Source: Okamejei kenojei
Taxonomy: Eukaryota
Assembly: GCA_035221665.1 (NCBI GenBank)
Contig: CM069139.1
Coordinates: 71,362,001 to 71,426,000 of the forward strand
Length of the DNA stretch: 64,000 nucleotides
Direction of reading: 5' to 3'
Shown here: positions 63,481 to 64,000 of the stretch, piece by piece
Layout: each line of letters starts with the position of its first letter
Numbering within the stretch: position 1 is the first letter of the stretch
Position numbers and translations under genes: made by a program
The notes under the pieces: model-generated
The model's input: the letters and a program-made list of their open reading frames with translations, nothing else
What the model was told of the DNA's origin: nothing
Database searches by the model: none

Positions 63481-64000
63481 GATTTTTACTTATTTTGTTT
63501 TTATTCAATTTGCATCCTTATGTAATGCAATCCATGACCAATCCAACATTCTCTGTGAAATCCCACTCTGCCTCACATTTCCGCTGTCCTGATCAAGAGA
63601 TAGGTCAGGACGTTTTGATCAGCAACTGGTGATTTCAATTTGGGTTGCTATTATTGCACATTTATGCCAGAGAACTGTTAAAAATATAGTATTACATTTC
63701 TGTGTGCGAATGGAGTCGGCCATCCAGCCTCTCGATTCTAATTGACCATAGCCAATTTGTTACTGGGCTCTATCAACCTATTCTGTTAATGTATTCCTCA
63801 ATATTTCTTAACAAACTCTGACTTAGATTTGACTTTTTAAAAAGACTGTGACAATATATTTTTAGGTGAGAGTGTTCTGGATTTCCACTACCCTTTATGT
63901 GAATAAGTGCTCCCACAGTACATCCTTGATTTTAAGAAGGGTCCCAACCCAAAACATCACATATTAATGTTCTCCAGAGATGCTGTCTGACCCGCTGAGC

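Noticed and set aside
56173-64000. Next upstream PACS2 exon
   Set aside because: Donor-like sites near 58640, 59437, 60775 and 61598 gave no PACS2-like peptide; the exon is probably outside the window or too diverged for me to see.
1-64000. CRISPR arrays, operons or prokaryotic defence systems
   Set aside because: The sequence is a spliced vertebrate gene. The recurring repeats are dispersed TE termini, not regularly spaced repeat-spacer units.

Overview
This is eukaryotic genomic DNA, not microbial. The repeat content (CR1/HER1-type LINE tails, HE1/V-type SINEs, abundant Penelope-derived short elements) suggests a cartilaginous fish, probably a skate or ray (inference). The window holds the 3' part of one minus-strand gene, PACS2. 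I traced 14 GT-AG exons from 56172 down to the stop at 2020, all with matching phases (1560 nt, 519 aa plus stop), including an 11-aa microexon. The 5' exons were not found here. The introns are dominated by transposon debris: CR1, Rex1/Babar, L1, an RTE LINE, Penelope-like elements (PLE), a near-full-length decayed Tc1, PIF/Harbinger and hAT MITEs, a Gypsy-like LTR beside an assembly gap, and a G-rich minisatellite. The most interesting observations are: (1) many short PLE-derived inserts, often fold-back and often flanked by target-site duplications (TSDs), that carry a hammerhead-ribozyme-like core; (2) two frame-preserving candidate PACS2 cassette exons in the 20-kb intron; (3) sense-strand L1 and LTR inserts with poly(A) or promoter signals; (4) an 83-bp inverted duplication. 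Almost all supplied ORFs are spurious or TE remnants. Repeat boundaries were judged by eye and are approximate; no database searches were run.
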